A DNA stretch of 64,000 nt from Felis catus (lineage: Eukaryota). The notes below the pieces were generated by a model. The model worked only from the letters and a program-made list of their open reading frames with translations, did not search any database and was not told the DNA's origin. This document shows, one piece after another, positions 13,882 through 27,330 of this stretch; position 1 is the first letter of the stretch; each line of letters opens with the position of its first letter. The position numbers and the translations under genes were made by a program. The stretch spans positions 84,570,001-84,634,000 of the forward strand of contig NC_058368.1 in NCBI RefSeq assembly GCF_018350175.1, written 5' to 3'.

Positions 13882-14350
13882 TTTTCTTTTCTTTTCTTTC
13901 TTTTTCTTTTCTTTTTTTTTCTTTTCTTTTCTTTTTTTCTTTTCTTTTCTTTATTTTTTCTTTTCTTTCCTTTCCTTTCCTTTTTTCTTTTTTCTTTTCT
14001 TTTCCTTGCCTTTTTCCTTTTCCTTTTCCTTTCCTTTTTATTCCCTTTCTTTTTCACTTTCCCTTTCTTTTTTCCCTTTCTTTTCTCCTTTCTTTTCTTC
14101 TTTATTTTCCTTTATGCACTTATTAATTTAATATTTAGGAATCAGACTTATAATACTTTGTTCATTTTTTGTTTATTTGTTTCCATTTCTCATTTTTTGA
14201 GTCAAGCTGCTTCTTCTTCTTTTCTTTTTTTGCCTTTCAGTGAAGCTTATAGCTTTTGTTTTGTTTTGTGTTTTTTTTTTTTTTTTTTTGGTTTCTTTTA
14301 TTCAATTTACTTCTCTCTCTCTCTCTTTTTTGGATCAGGATTTTTTTTTT
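13882..14350. repeat. T/C-rich low-complexity tract
   Basis: (TTTTC)n/(TTTCC)n-like run. It produces the spurious F/L/S-rich and K/R-rich ORFs. Confidence 0.9.
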
Positions 14351-14694
14351 AATGTGACTTATTTTAACAAAAAGTCAAAGCACATCTACTTAAAGTTCCA
14401 AATACTGCCCACTGCAAGCAAGGAAGAACTCTGCAAGGAATGACCAATGAGAAAGAGCAGCCAAATCGCAACAGGAGAGTACACACAGCATATACCAGAA
14501 ACACATCCTGAAGCACCAGGCCCTAAACAGAGTATGAACCCTCCTTAATATAGCATTACCCTCAGTAGCAGGAATCATAACATGTTTTCATAACATGCAA
14601 AAGACAGAAACATAGACAAAAAGACATGATGGAAGAGTTCTCCATCAAAGAAAGATCAAGAAGATGCCACTGCCAGGGGGTTGCCCAAAACAGA

Positions 14695-15970
14695 TTCAAT
14701 ACATAAATGTGAAACATAAAATTACAAATCTCCTTAAAAAATAAAGGACAGACAGTAACTTCCTGGACATTGACATCAACAGCATATTTATAAGTACCTC
14801 TCGTGAGGCAATGAAAAAAAATGAACTATTGTGACTATACAAAAAATGAAAAACATTTTGCACAACTATGAAAATGACAACAACAGCAGGAACAAAAAAG
14901 CAATTTAACAAGAAGACAACTTCATGAATGGGAGAAGCTATTTGCAAAAGATATTTCCATAAAGGTGTTAATATTCAAAATACATAAAGAACTGACACAA
15001 CTTAATAGCACACACACACACACACTGATTAAAAAATGGGCAGAGGACCTGAATAGACATTTCTCCAAAAAATATGAACAACCAACAGGCAAATGAAAAG
15101 ATGCTCAACAGGATTAATAATGCAAGAAATTAAAATTAAAATTAGTTTAGGATACCACCTCATGCCTGTTCTGACTAAAATAAAGACAAGAAGTAAGAAA
15201 TGTGGGCAAGGATGTGGAGAAAAGGTAAATTATTATACACTGTTGGTGGCAATGTAAATGGATTCCACCACTGTAGAAAACAGTATGGAGGTCCCTCAGA
15301 AAGTTAATAAATGAAATACAAAATGACCCTGTTATTCTACTATGAGTATTTACACAAAGAAAATGAAAACCTAATTCAAATATATATGTGCATACTTTAT
15401 GGTTATTGAAGAATGATTTACATAGGCAAAATATGAAAGAAATCCAAGTGTCCATCCAAATATGAATGAACAAAGATGTAGTATATATGTACAGTGGAAT
15501 ATTAGTGAGTCATAAAATTAATGAGATCCTGACATTTGCAAAACCATGGATGGACCTTCAGGGTAATTATGTGAATACATCAGAGAAAGAGAAATACCAT
15601 ATTAGTTCACTATATCAAGTTTAACACAAACAAAGAAAAAAACAAACAAAAAATTAAACCAAATAGTCTTATAAATACACAGAACAAACTGGTGGCTGCC
15701 ACATAGGTGGAAGTGGTGGAATGGGTGAATGAGACAAAGGGTATTAAGAGATACAAACTTCAAATTATAATACAAATGTCACAGAGGTTAAAAAATTACA
15801 GCATAGGGAATATAATTAACAATGTTATAAGAAAACTTTATGGTGATAGATGGTGACTACATTTACATTAGTGAGCACTGAACAATGAATAGAATTTTAA
15901 ATCAATATGTTGTCAACTTGAAATTGATATAATATTGTATGTCAATTATACTCCAGTAATATAATAAAAT
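14695..15970 (+). mobile_element. Old L1 ORF2 C-terminus and 3'UTR (continuation of the 3040-4849 element)
   Basis: Decayed [11 protein letters not shown] and HCWW.CK motifs, and an L1MA-type 3'UTR. Confidence 0.85.
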
Positions 15971-16740
15971 TTACACGTAACAATCCCTCATAAGTAAGAC
16001 AGAAGATTTTTTATTAGAAACTTTAAGGAAAGAGGAGAATGAAATGATAAATGGAAAATACTAGAAAAAACAAAAGACACTACCAAACAAGAATAGTATT
16101 ACCAGAATAATTTTCCATCAAACATAGGATAAAATTGTCATTTAAAGAAGGGATATAATAATTGCTTTCATTAAACAAAATCTGATTCAATTTATCACTA
16201 CTAGACCTGGTTTGAAGATGCAATAAAAGCAGTAGTTTTAACTGAAATAACTGGACAGGAAAACAACAAAATATCTTATTAAAGTACAAATATCACTGAT
16301 TACAGTAAATATATAGATAAACAGAATGTTGGAATAGTGTGATGGTGGTGGGTAAATGAATTATAACACTAGTACAGAAGAAAATGTGCAAATGTATCAG
16401 TAATAGTCATAATATACACTCTTTAATATATACAGAACATAAATAAATTCTGGTATCAAAACTTAATAATGTAAAGCAATAGTTGTGCATAGAATTTTAA
16501 ATGATATTTATGTTAACATGTTATCAGATTAAAGAGACATTTATATCTATAATAGCTTTATATCAAGTCTCAATAAAAGTATAGTAGATACACAAAAGTT
16601 AAATAGAAAAGAATCAAATTGTATCAGCAAAAGATGATCAAACCAGTAGGAAAGACAGGATGAAAAAATATGGGAATAAGAGAACTACACACTATAAAGA
16701 AAACTATTTACAAAATGGAAATAATAAGTTCTTGCATAAG
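15970..16740 (+). mobile_element. Old L1 fragment (ORF1 end, inter-ORF region, ORF2 start)
   Basis: A-rich decayed L1 sequence that ends abruptly at the inverted unknown element. Confidence 0.6.
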
Positions 16741-17654
16741 GATAGCCTCCTGTCCAGGTGACTCCTTGGTCTAGTACAGAGGTGGGTTGGAGCAATCATG
16801 GTTCTGGGGGATTTGATCAGCTACTGAGCTGGATCAGACAGCTCATGGCCTGTGGGCTGTGTTCCAAGGAATCCTACTGTGTGCAGTGTTGTGATGAGTA
16901 CTTCTTCCAGTACAGTCAAAAAATTTCCTCTCTGCCAGGTGTCTGTGGGAATTGTCCACATTGTGTACATCTGGGTCAGCTTGATGTTCAGGACATTCAT
17001 TTGCCCTGTCCTGAGCTGGGTTGGAGGACTCCAGGGTATCAGGGTGTGGAGGGATCCCTCAGGTCATGGTCTTGGGTTCCTGTGTTGAGCCTGGTTATAA
17101 CCACAGGGTTTTGGGAGGGGCTTTCTCCAGATGACTGAGAATCCACTGTACTATGATTCCCTATACCCCACTTCCACCTCCTAATGGAAAAAACATACCT
17201 GAGTGGTCTGGCCAGCCTCACAGTGGGAAGCAAGTCCAGAAGTCACTGGGTGCGGGTACATGGACTCTCAGGACCACAGAGGGGCAGAGAGGTAGCCCCA
17301 ACCAGAAAGCTGGAGTATAGAGTGTCAGCCAGAGGCCCCAGGGCAAGAGTAGTGGGCAGCAGGTTTGTCATTAGCAGGGTAAAGGAACAGGGCAGAGAAC
17401 GGGAGGAATAGCAGGAGGAGCTGTGGCTGAAGTGCTATTTCTCTCCTCAGTGACACCTGGTCCTTGATTGGCTTTTATAAGAGCCCTGGTCATCACAGTG
17501 CCTCCTTGTGATGTAACCACCATGCCTGGAAAATCACCAGGGCTCTCTCAGGCTGGCCTTGTTCAGGTGGCCAATCATGAGGCAGCTCAGCTGGACAATC
17601 ACCGATGGCTTTCTCATTGGCCCTCCTGACATCATCACCTGGAAACCATGTTTT
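16741..17654 (-). other. Truncated inverted copy of the unknown promoter-plus-tandem-array element at 49305-52250
   Basis: Colinear reverse homology to ~49305-50300. Shared peptide KKFPLCQVS.GIVHIV.I.VSLMFR in ORFs 16852-17088(+) and 49918-50226(-). TATAAAA at 17479-17473 and CAG|GTATGT at 17198. Confidence 0.92.
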
Positions 17655-17879
17655 TAAAAAAAAATTTTTTTTTCAACGTTTTTTATTTATTTTTGGGACA
17701 GAGAGAGACAGAGCATGAACGGGGGAGGGGCAGAGAGAGAGGGAGACACAGAATCGGAAACAGGCTCCAGGCTCTGAGCCATCAGCCCAGAGCCCGACGT
17801 GGGGCTCGAACTCACAGACCGCGAGATCGTGACCTGGCTGAAGTCGGACGCTTAACCGACTGTGCCACCCAGGCGCCCC
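17655..17879 (-). mobile_element. Young felid CanSINE
   Basis: Near-identical to 12170-12385. TSD CTGGAAACCATGTTTT at 17639-17654 and 17880-17895. Confidence 0.97.
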
Positions 17880-18179
17880 CTGGAAACCATGTTTTAAATG
17901 AATGTTAACTTTCCTTTATTATGAAATAATAATATTTGGGATGTATTTATTTAAAGTTTAGTCATGGAGGGTTAAAGGGTTAACCAATACAAAGCCAAAT
18001 GTGTCACTCAGAGTCACTATAACACACCAATATCAATCAATACATGTGTCATGAGACCCGATGAAAACATAGCTCTAAAACAAATGCTAATCTCAACTCA
18101 TCCATAAGAGCTTAAAAATAAGTCTAGAAAATGGTAAATATTATGTGTTGTACATCTTACCACAATAAAAATATTAAAC

Positions 18180-19860
18180 CTAGAGAAGATAAAGCTGAAT
18201 CAGAAGTTATTAACTAATTGCCAAAATGTCATTTAACACTCATAAGAAGGGGATAACAAAATCCAGATGTTCAACATGTTCACAGTCTCATGTCCAGCCT
18301 CCAATAAAAAATTAGTCAATATCCAAAGAAGCAGGATCCAAAGTTCCAAATTACAGGTGACAATGTGAAAAGAGACATTATAAATATGGTCAGGAATTAA
18401 AGGAAAACTTATGTGATGGGAGGAGAAAGGGAAATCATAAAGAAGAATCAAATCAAATTTCTAGACTGAAACTAGGATATGTGAAATGAAAAACTATACC
18501 AAATGTTCTTTAAGAACAATGGATGAGGGGCACCAGGGTGGCTCAGAAGGTTAAGCGTCTGACTTTTGCTCAGGTCATGATCTCATGGTTTGTGGATTTG
18601 AACCCAAGGTCATGCTCTGTAATGACAGCTCAGAGCCTGGAGCATGCTTCAGATTCTGTATTACCCTCTCTCTATGACCCTCCCCCACTTGTGCTCTGTC
18701 TCTTTCTCAAAAATAAATAAACATAAAAAAACTATGATGGTATAATGCAGACAAAAATAATTTGAACTATTTGCAATAGGAACTATGCAAACCAAAGCCT
18801 AGAGAGAAAAGGAGATGGGAAATAAATGTAAAGAGCATCAGTGACTCATGGGACAACACCTGAAATGGTGGGACACAACAATAATTGTCTTAAATTTCCA
18901 AACAGGATAAAAACCATAAACCCACCCATGCAAGAGGTTCTGTGAGCCCCAAGCAGAAAAACACAAACACCAAATCAGACAGTAGTCTATAACAATGAAA
19001 CTGTGGAAATGAATGAGAAAGGGAAAATCTGAAAACAGTCAGAAAACACACATGGTACACATGGGGAAAAAGGATAAATTGGCTGGCAACTCTTTATTAG
19101 AAGAAAATGCAAACCAATAATATTGAATGGCATCTTTAAATTCTGAAAGAAGAAAAATGACAATGCCAAGTTCAAATTCTACATCTAGCAAAATATGCTT
19201 AAATAAATGAAGAAAAATAAATCCATTTGAGGCATATCAACACTGAGACTGCCTGTGAAAAAACTCACACTACAATACAAATTGGAGTTCTTCAGGGAAA
19301 TAGACAATGGTACCATAGGGGCACTGGTATCAAGGAAAGAATGAAGAAGGTAAAAATAGTAACTGGAGGGGTGCCTGAGTGGCTCAGTCGGTTAAGCAAC
19401 TGACTTCGGCTCAGGTCATGATCTCACAGTTCATGGGTTTGAGTCCCGCATCAGGCTCTGTGCTGACAGCTCGGAGCCTGGAGCCTGCTTCGGATTCTGT
19501 GTCTCCCTCTCTCAGCCCCTCCCACACTTCTGCTCTGTCTCTCTCTCTCTCAAAAATAAGTAAAATGTAAAAAAAATTAAATAAAAAAAGTAAGTTGAAA
19601 TATATCAGACTTTCATGATCTCATTTAAAATTTTCTTCTACAAGATACGAAACGTTTAAGGAAATATAAAAGCAATATACTGTTGTGTTTATAGCAAATG
19701 TCAAGTAAAACAGGATAATAATGGCACACTGCTCAAAAAGGGGGATTGGAAGTTTATTATTGTGTTGTGTTGTGTGTTGTACATAGAGTGAAAAAACATA
19801 TATATGTGAAGAAATATTATTTGATGGCAGATGGTGACAGATTAGAGACTCAAGTTTTAA
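18180..19860 (+). mobile_element. Old L1 ORF1-region remnant carrying two CanSINEs (18527-18730 +, 19368-19590 +)
   Basis: Decayed ORF1 wording. SINE heads GGGGCACCAGGGTGGCTCAG and GGGGTGCCTGAGTGGCTCAG. Confidence 0.7.
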
Positions 19861-19968
19861 TACTCAACCACATACAACCCAATGTTTATAGCTGCACTGT
19901 CAATAATAGAAAAACTATGGAAAGAGTCCAAATGGCCATCAAATGATGAGTGGATAAAAAAAGATATA

Positions 19969-20006
<38 letters not shown>

Positions 20007-20404
20007 CACACACACACACAAAGGACTATTACTCATCCATAAAAAGTAATTAAATCTTTCTATTTGCAGCAACATGGATGGGAGTAGAGTGTATTATGCT
20101 AGGTGAAATAAGTCAGTCAGAAAAGACAGATATCATATGCTATCCATATGTAGGATTTAAGAAACACAACAGATGAACAAAGGGAAAGGAAGGAAAAGTA
20201 AGATAAAAACAGTGATGGAGCAAACCATAAGAGATCTTAAATACAGAGAACAAACTGACGGTTGATGAAAGGGGAGGGGAACACAGGTAAGGGTTCAACA
20301 GGTGATGGGCATTAAGGAGGGCACTTTATGGGATGAGCATTGGGTGTGATATATAAGAGATTAATCACTAGGCTCTACTCCTGAAAACCAAGAAAACACT
20401 GTAT
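19860..20404 (+). mobile_element. L1 3' end, interrupted; resumes at 26291-26345
   Basis: 3'UTR ...CCTGAAAACCAAGAAAACACTGTAT continues as AAAACACTGTATGTTCACTAATTTG after the inserted L1. Confidence 0.88.
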
Positions 20405-23400
20405 TTTTTTAATATATGAAATTTATTGTCAAATTGATTTCCATACAACACCCAGTGTTCATCCCAAAAGATGCCTTCTTCAATTCCCATCACCCACCCT
20501 CCCCTTCCTCCCACCCTCCTATCAACCCTCAGTTTGTCCTCAGTTTTTAAGAGTATATTATGGTTTGGCTCTCTCCCACTCTCTTTTTTTTTTCCTTCCC
20601 TTCCCCCAAGGGTTTCTGTTAAGTTTCTCAGGATCCACATAAGAGTGAAAACATATGGTATCTGTCTTTCTCTGTATGGCTTATTTCACTTAGCATCACA
20701 CTCTCCAGTTCCATCCACATTGCTACAAAGGGCCATATTTCATTCTTTCTCATTGCCACATAGTACTCCATTGTGTATATAAACCACAATTTCTTCATCC
20801 ATTCATCAGTTGATGGACATTTAGGCTCTTTCCATAATTTGGCTATTATTGAGAGTGCTGCAATAAACATCGGGGTACAAGTGCCCCTATGCATCAGTAC
20901 TCCTGTATCCCTTGGGTAAATTCCTAGCAGTGCTACTGCTGGGTCATAGGGTAGGTCTATTTTTAATTTTTTGAGGAACATCCACACTGTTTTCCAGAGC
21001 AGCTGCACCAGTATGCATTGGCACTAACAGTGCAGGAGGGTTTCCATTTCTCCACATCCTCTCCAGCATCTATCGTTTCCTGATTTGTTCATTTTGGCCA
21101 CTCCGCGTGAGGTGATATCTGAGTGTGGTTTTGATTTGTATTTCCCTGATGAGGAGTGATGTTGAGAATCTTTTCATGTGCCTATTAGGCACATGTATGT
21201 CTTCTTTAGAGAAGTGTCTATTCATGTTTTCTGCCCATTTCTTCACTGGGTTATTTGGTTTTCGGGTGTGGAGTTTGGTGAGTTCTTTATACATTTTGGA
21301 TACTAGCCCTTTGTCTGATATGTCATTTGCAAATATCTTTTCCCATTCCATTGGTTGACTTTTAGTTTTGTTGACTGTCTTCTTTGCTGTGCAGAAGCTT
21401 TTTATCTTCATAAGGTCCCAGTAGTTCATTTTTGCTTTTAATTCCGTTGCCTTTGGGGATGTGTCAAGTAAGAAATTGCTACGACTGAGGTCAGAGAGGT
21501 CTTTTCCTGCTTTCTCCTCTAGGGTTTTGATGGTTTCCTGTCTCACATTCAGGTTCTTTATCCATTTTGAGTTTATTTTTGTGAATGGTGTAAGAAAGTG
21601 TTCTAGTTTCAATCTTCTGCATGTTGCTGTCCAGTTCTCCTAGCACCAATTGTTAAAGGGACTGTCTTTTTCCCATTGGATGTTCTTTCCTGCTTTGTCA
21701 AAGATGATTTGGCCATACTTTTGTGGGTTTAGTTCTGGGGTTTCTATTCTATTCCATTGGTCTATATGTCTGTTTTTGTGCCAATACCATGCTGTCTTGA
21801 TGCTTACAGTTTTGTAGTAGACGCTAAAGTCTGGGATTGTGATGCCTCCTGCTTTGGTCTTCTTCTTCAAAATTACTTTGTCTATTCGGGGCCTTTTGTG
21901 GTTCCATATGAATTTTAGAATTGCTTGTTCTAGCTTCAAGAAGAATGCTGGTGCAATTTTGATTGGATTTCATTGAATGTGTAGATAGCTTTGGGTAGTA
22001 TTGACATTTTAACAATATTTATTCCTCCAACCTATGAGCACGGAATGTATTTCCATTTCTTTATATCTTCTTCAATTTCCTTCATAAGCTTTCTATAGTT
22101 TTCAGCATACAGATCTTATACATCTTTGGTTAGATTTATCCCTAGGTATTTTATGCTTCTTGGTGCAATTGTGAATGGGATCAGTTTCTTTATTTGTCTT
22201 TCTGTTGCTTCATTATTAGTGTATAAGACTGCAACTGATTTCTGAACATTGATTTTGTATCCTGCAACTTTGCTGAATTCATGTATCAGTTCTAGCAGAC
22301 TTTTGGTGGAATCTATCAATTTTTCCATGTACAATATCATGTCATCTGCAAAAAGTGAAAGCTTGACTTCATCTTTGCCAACTTTGATGCCTTTGATTTC
22401 CTTTTGTTGTCTGATTGGTGATGCTAGCACTTCCAACACTATGTTAAACAACAGAAGTGAGAGTGGACATCCCTGTCATGTTCCTGATCTCAAGGGGAAA
22501 CTCAGTTTTTCCCCATTGAGGATGATGTTAACTGTGGGCTTTTCATAAATGGCTTTTATGATGTTTAAGTATGTTCCTCCTATCCTGACTTTCTCGAGGG
22601 TTTTTATTAAGAAAGTTTGCTGAATTTTGTCAAATACCTTTTCTGCATCAGTTGACAGAATCATATGGTTCTTATCTTTTCTTTTATTAATGTGATGTAT
22701 CACGTTGATTGATTTGCGAATGTTGAACCAGCCCTGCATCCCAGGAATGAATCCCACTTGATCATGGTGAATAATTCTTTTTATATGCTGTTGAATTCGA
22801 TTTGCTAGTATCTTATTGAGAATTTTTGCCTCCATATTCATCAGGTATATTGGCCTGTAGTTCTCTTTTTTTCACTGGATCTCTGTCTGGTTTAGGAATC
22901 CAAGTAATACTGGCTTCATAGAATGAGTCTGGAAGTTTTCCTTCCTTTTCTATTTTTTGGAATAGCTTGAGAAGAATAGGTGTTATCTTTGCTTTAAATA
23001 TCTGGTAGAACCCCCCTGGGAAGCCATCTGGTCCTGGACTCTTATTTCTTGGGAGATTTTTGATAACTGATTCAATTTCTTCTCTGGTTATGGGTCTGTT
23101 AAAGCTTTCTATTTCTTCCTGTTTGAGGTTTGCAAGTGTGTGGGTGTTTAGGAATTTGTCCATTTCTTCCAGGTTGTCCAGTTTGTTGGCATATAATTTT
23201 TCATAGTATTCCCTGATCATTGCTTGTACCTCTGAGGGATTGGTTGTAATAATTCCATTTTAATTCATGATTTTATCTATTTGGGTCATCTCCCTTTTCT
23301 TTTTGAGAAGCCTGGCTAGAGGTTTATCAATTTTGTTTATTTTTTTCAAAAAACCAACTCTTGGTTTCATTGATCTGCTCTATAGTTTTTTTAGATTCTA

Positions 23401-26290
23401 TATTGTTCATTTCTGCTCTGATCTTTATTATTTCTCTTCTTCTGCTGGGTTTAGTGTGTCTTTGTTCTTCTGCTTCTATTTCCTTTAGGTGTGCTGTTAG
23501 ATTTTGTATTTGGGATTTTTCTTGTTTCTTGAGATAGGCCTGGATTGCAATGCGTTTTCCTCTCAGGACCTCCTTCGCTGCATCCCAAAGCGTTTGGATT
23601 GTTGTATTTTCATTTTCGTTTGTTTCCATATATTTTTTAATTTCTTCTCTAATTTCCTCGTTGGCCCACTCATTCTTTAGTAGGGTGTTCTTTAACCTCC
23701 ATGCTTTTGGAGGTTTTCCAGACTTTTTCCTGTGGTTGATTTCAAGCTTCATAGCATTGTGGTCTGAAAGTATGCATGGTATGTTTTCAATTCTTGTATA
23801 CTTATGAAGGGCTGTTTTGTGACCCAGAATGTGATGTGTCTTGGAGAATGTTCCATGTGCACTCGAGAAGAAAGTATATTCTGTTGCTTTGGGATGCAGA
23901 GTTCTAAATATATCTGTCAAGTCCATCTGATCCAATGTATCATTCAGGGCTCTTGTTTCTTTATTGACTATGTGTCTAGATGATCTATCCATTTCTGTAA
24001 GTGGAGTATTAAAGTCCCCTGCAATTATCACATTCTAATCAATAAGGTTGCTTATGTTTGTGAGTAATTGTTTTATATATTTGGGGGCTCCCATAGTCAG
24101 CGCATAGACATTTATAATTGTTAGCTCTTCCTGATCGATAGACCCTGTAACTGTTATACAATATCCTTCTTCATCTTTTGTTACAGCCTTTAATTTAAAG
24201 TCTAGTTTGTCTGATATAAATAGGGCTACTCCAGCTTTCTTTTGACTTCCAGTGGCATGATAAATAGTTCTCCATCCCCTCACTCACAATCTGACTGTGT
24301 CCTCAGGTCTAAAATGAGTCTCTTGTAGACAGCAAATAGATGGGTCTTTTTTTTTTATCCATTCTGAGACCCTATGTCTTTTGGTTGGCGCATTTAGTCC
24401 ATTTACATTCAGTGTTATTATAGAAAGATATACGTTTAGTGTATTTGTGATGTCTGTAGGTTTCATGCTTGTAGTGATGTCTCTGGTACTTTGTCTCACA
24501 GGATCCCCTTAGGATCTCTTGTAGGGCTGGTTTAGCGGTGACGAATTCCTTCAGTTTTTGTTTGTTTGGGAAGACCTTTATCTCTCCTTCTATTCTAAAT
24601 GACAGATTTGCTGGATAAAGGATTCTCAGCTGCATATTTTTTCTGTTCATCACATTGATGATTTCCTGCCATTCCTTTCTGGCCTGTCAAGTTTCAGCAG
24701 AGAGATCGGTCACAACTCTTATAGGTCTCCCTTTATATGTTAGAGTACGTTTATCCTTAGCTGCTCTTAGAATTTTCTCTTTATCCTTGCATTTTGCCAG
24801 TTTCACCATGGTATGTCTTGCAGAAGATCCATTCAAGCTCTGTGCCTTTTGGATTTCAATGCCTTTATCCTTCCCCAGATCAGGGAAGTTCACAGCTATT
24901 ATTTCTTCAAGTATACCTTCAGCACCTTTCCCTCTCTCTTCCTCCTCTGGAATACCAATTATGCATAAATTATTTCTCTTTAGTGCATCACTTAGTTCTT
25001 TTATTTTCCCCTCATACTTCTGGATTTTTTTATCTCTCTTTTTCTCAGCTTCCTATTTTTCCATCATTTTATCTTCTAGTTCTCCTATTCTCTCCTCTGC
25101 TTCTTCAATCTGATCTGTGGTCTCCTCCATTTTATTTTGCAGCTCATTTATAACATTTTTTAGCACGTCCTGGCTGTTTCCTCATCCCTTGATCTCTGTA
25201 GCAATAGATTATCTGCTCTCCTCTGTACTGTTTTCAAGCCCAGTGATTAATTTTATGACTATTATATTAAGTTCACTTTGTTATATTGCTTAAATCATTT
25301 TTGATCAGTTCGTTAGCTCTCACTACTTCCTGGAGTTTCTTTTGAGGGGAATTCTTCCGTTTCATCATGTTGTATAGTCCCTGGAGTGGTGCAGAACTTC
25401 AGGGCACTTCCCTTGTGCTGTCTTGAATAACTTGCATTGGTGGACAGGGCCGTAGTCAGACCTGATGTCTGCCCCCAGCCCACCACTGGGGCCACAGTCA
25501 GACTGATGTGTACCTTCTCTTCCCCTGTCCTAGGGGCAGGATTCACTGTGGGGTGGCATGGCCCCTGTCTGGGCTACTTGCACATTTCCAGGCTTGTGGT
25601 GGTGGGGATCTGGCGTACTAGCTGGGGTGGATTGGCAAGGTGCACAGGGGCTGGAGGGGCAGGTTCAGCTCGCTTTTCCTTTGGTGATCTGCTTCGGGAG
25701 GGGCCCTGTGGTACCAGGAAGGAATCAGACCCACCGGAGGGATGGATCCGCAGAAGCACAGCCTTGGGTGTTTGCATGGTGCAAGCAAGTTCCCTTGCAG
25801 GAACTGGTCCCTTTGGGATTTTGGTTGGGGGATGGGTGAGGGAGATGGTGCTGGAGAGGACCTTTGTTCCCCACCAAGCTGAGCTCTGTCATCCAGGGCT
25901 CAACAACTCTCCCTCCGTTGTCCTCTATCCCTCCCACTCTCCGAGCAGAACTGTTAACTTATGACTTTCCAGATTTTAAGTCCTGCTTGCTGTGAGAACA
26001 CACTCCGTTTAGCCCCTCTGCTTTTGCAAGCCAGACTCGTGGGCTCTGCTTTGCCGGCGGGCTGCCCCTCTGCCCCAGCTCCTTCCCGCCAGTCCGTGTA
26101 GTGAGCACCACCTCTCACCCTTCCTACCCTCTTCTGTGGGCCTCTTGTCTATGCTTGGCTCCAGAGAATCCATTCTGCTAGTCTTCTGGAAGTTTTCTGG
26201 GTTATTTAGGCAGGTGTGGGTGGAATCTAAGTGATCAGAAGGATGCGGTGAGCCCAGTGTCCTCCTACGCTGCCATCTTCATGGCCACCA
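20405..26290 (-). mobile_element. Full-length (~5.9 kb) felid LINE-1, inactivated
   Basis: 5'UTR 26290-25370, ORF1 from ~25368, ORF2 fragments (234-aa EN/linker, FADD, C-terminal) to 20628, G-rich 3'UTR. 12-bp TSD AAAACACTGTAT at 20393-20404 and 26291-26302. Confidence 0.96.
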
Positions 26291-26713
26291 AAAACACTGT
26301 ATGTTCACTAATTTGAATTAAAAAACAAAAAAATACATGGGAAAAAAAGGGAAGTATGCTTAAGATGGAAACTTTTCCTCAACAGTCAGGACACATAAGT
26401 GCTGGTCCTCATTTGAACCAACTAAGAGTTTGTCTTTGGGAAGTCATTTCTCCTCTGAGCCTCAGTCTTTCCATGCATACAAGGAGTGCATGATACAGAA
26501 TTGTTCCTCCCATAATAAGAGTACATGATCACAATAAAGTCATTCTACCAAAAGTCATTCACCAAGCAACTCAGAGGACAAGACAGAGACCTCAAAGGGA
26601 AGTATCCTATTAGAAATGAAAAGCTGACAAGCAGCTGCCATAAGCCACTGGAGGGAGTGGAACAGAGATCCACACAGACCACAGAGAGGTAGACAGGAAA
26701 TTAGAATGTGGCC

Positions 26714-27330
26714 ATGGTGCTGAGTCTTGGCCAAAGACAGAGTGGGTGTTTACCCACCTGCACGGGAAGCCTACAGGTAACAACTCTCCCCTCTCTTTCC
26801 CCCGTGTATGTCAAGATGCCTTCTTGAGTTTTTTTCTGCTCTGGGCAGGTGTCTTTGACAACCAAGTCCACATTTGTTCTCAGAGTGCCCTGGGTTTTCT
26901 TCTGCCAGAGCACTGATCCCACAACACAGTAACTGCCTACCAGCTCTCTGTTCCTTTCACTGCACTGTCAGGAGTTCTTGAAGGCAGGGATGATTTTCTC
27001 TTTATTGTTAGCACCAAAGACAGGGCCTGACCACAACTGCCTCCTTCCCTGATTTGCAAATACTCATCAAGCACTTTCTATCTCCTACCACATTATTAGC
27101 AATATAGATACATGCGGGGCATCCTACAGGTGGTCTCTGACTTCATAGAGCCTGGTTTACTGGTGCATGCTACAAAATGCACCGGGGACAGATCCACAGA
27201 GGAAGTGATCCATGAGTTGGGGGAGGGTACTTGGAAGCCCAAAGAGAAAAAGTCTCATTGACCATAGGAAGAGGGATTGTGTCTGGAGCAGACGGGAACA
27301 CACAGAGCCAGGGATACCATCGTTAAGATT
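26714..27330 (+). pseudogene. IGHV: VH3-like relic split by an L2 fragment (paralog of 32020-32500)
   Basis: Leader-like ATG...TGGGTGTTT...CCTACAG|GTAAC (donor 26777), CTCAGAGTGCCCTGGGTT (~LRLSCV), AACTGCCTACCAGCT (~NWVRQA), L2 at ~26955-27265, then GTGTCTGGAGCAGACGGGA (~GLEWIG). Confidence 0.55.

Larger units (their letters stand above)
12392..14695 (+). mobile_element. L1 5'UTR plus ORF1 start only (3' part missing), containing a long pyrimidine tract
   Basis: GAGGAGTTACAATGGTGGAG start, a 5'UTR end similar to 46900-47045, and an ORF1 N-terminus remnant near 14625-14695. Confidence 0.75.

Noticed and set aside
13668..14352. Long F/L/S-rich and K/R-rich ORFs
   Set aside because: Artefacts of a pyrimidine low-complexity tract.
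25437..25964. 175-aa ORF, and similar ORFs at 45719-46261, 59551-60036 and 60939-61394
   Set aside because: Chance ORFs within L1 5'UTRs with no recognisable domain.
4850..26290. Potentially active L1s
   Set aside because: Both full-length copies have multiple stops and frameshifts in ORF1 and ORF2.
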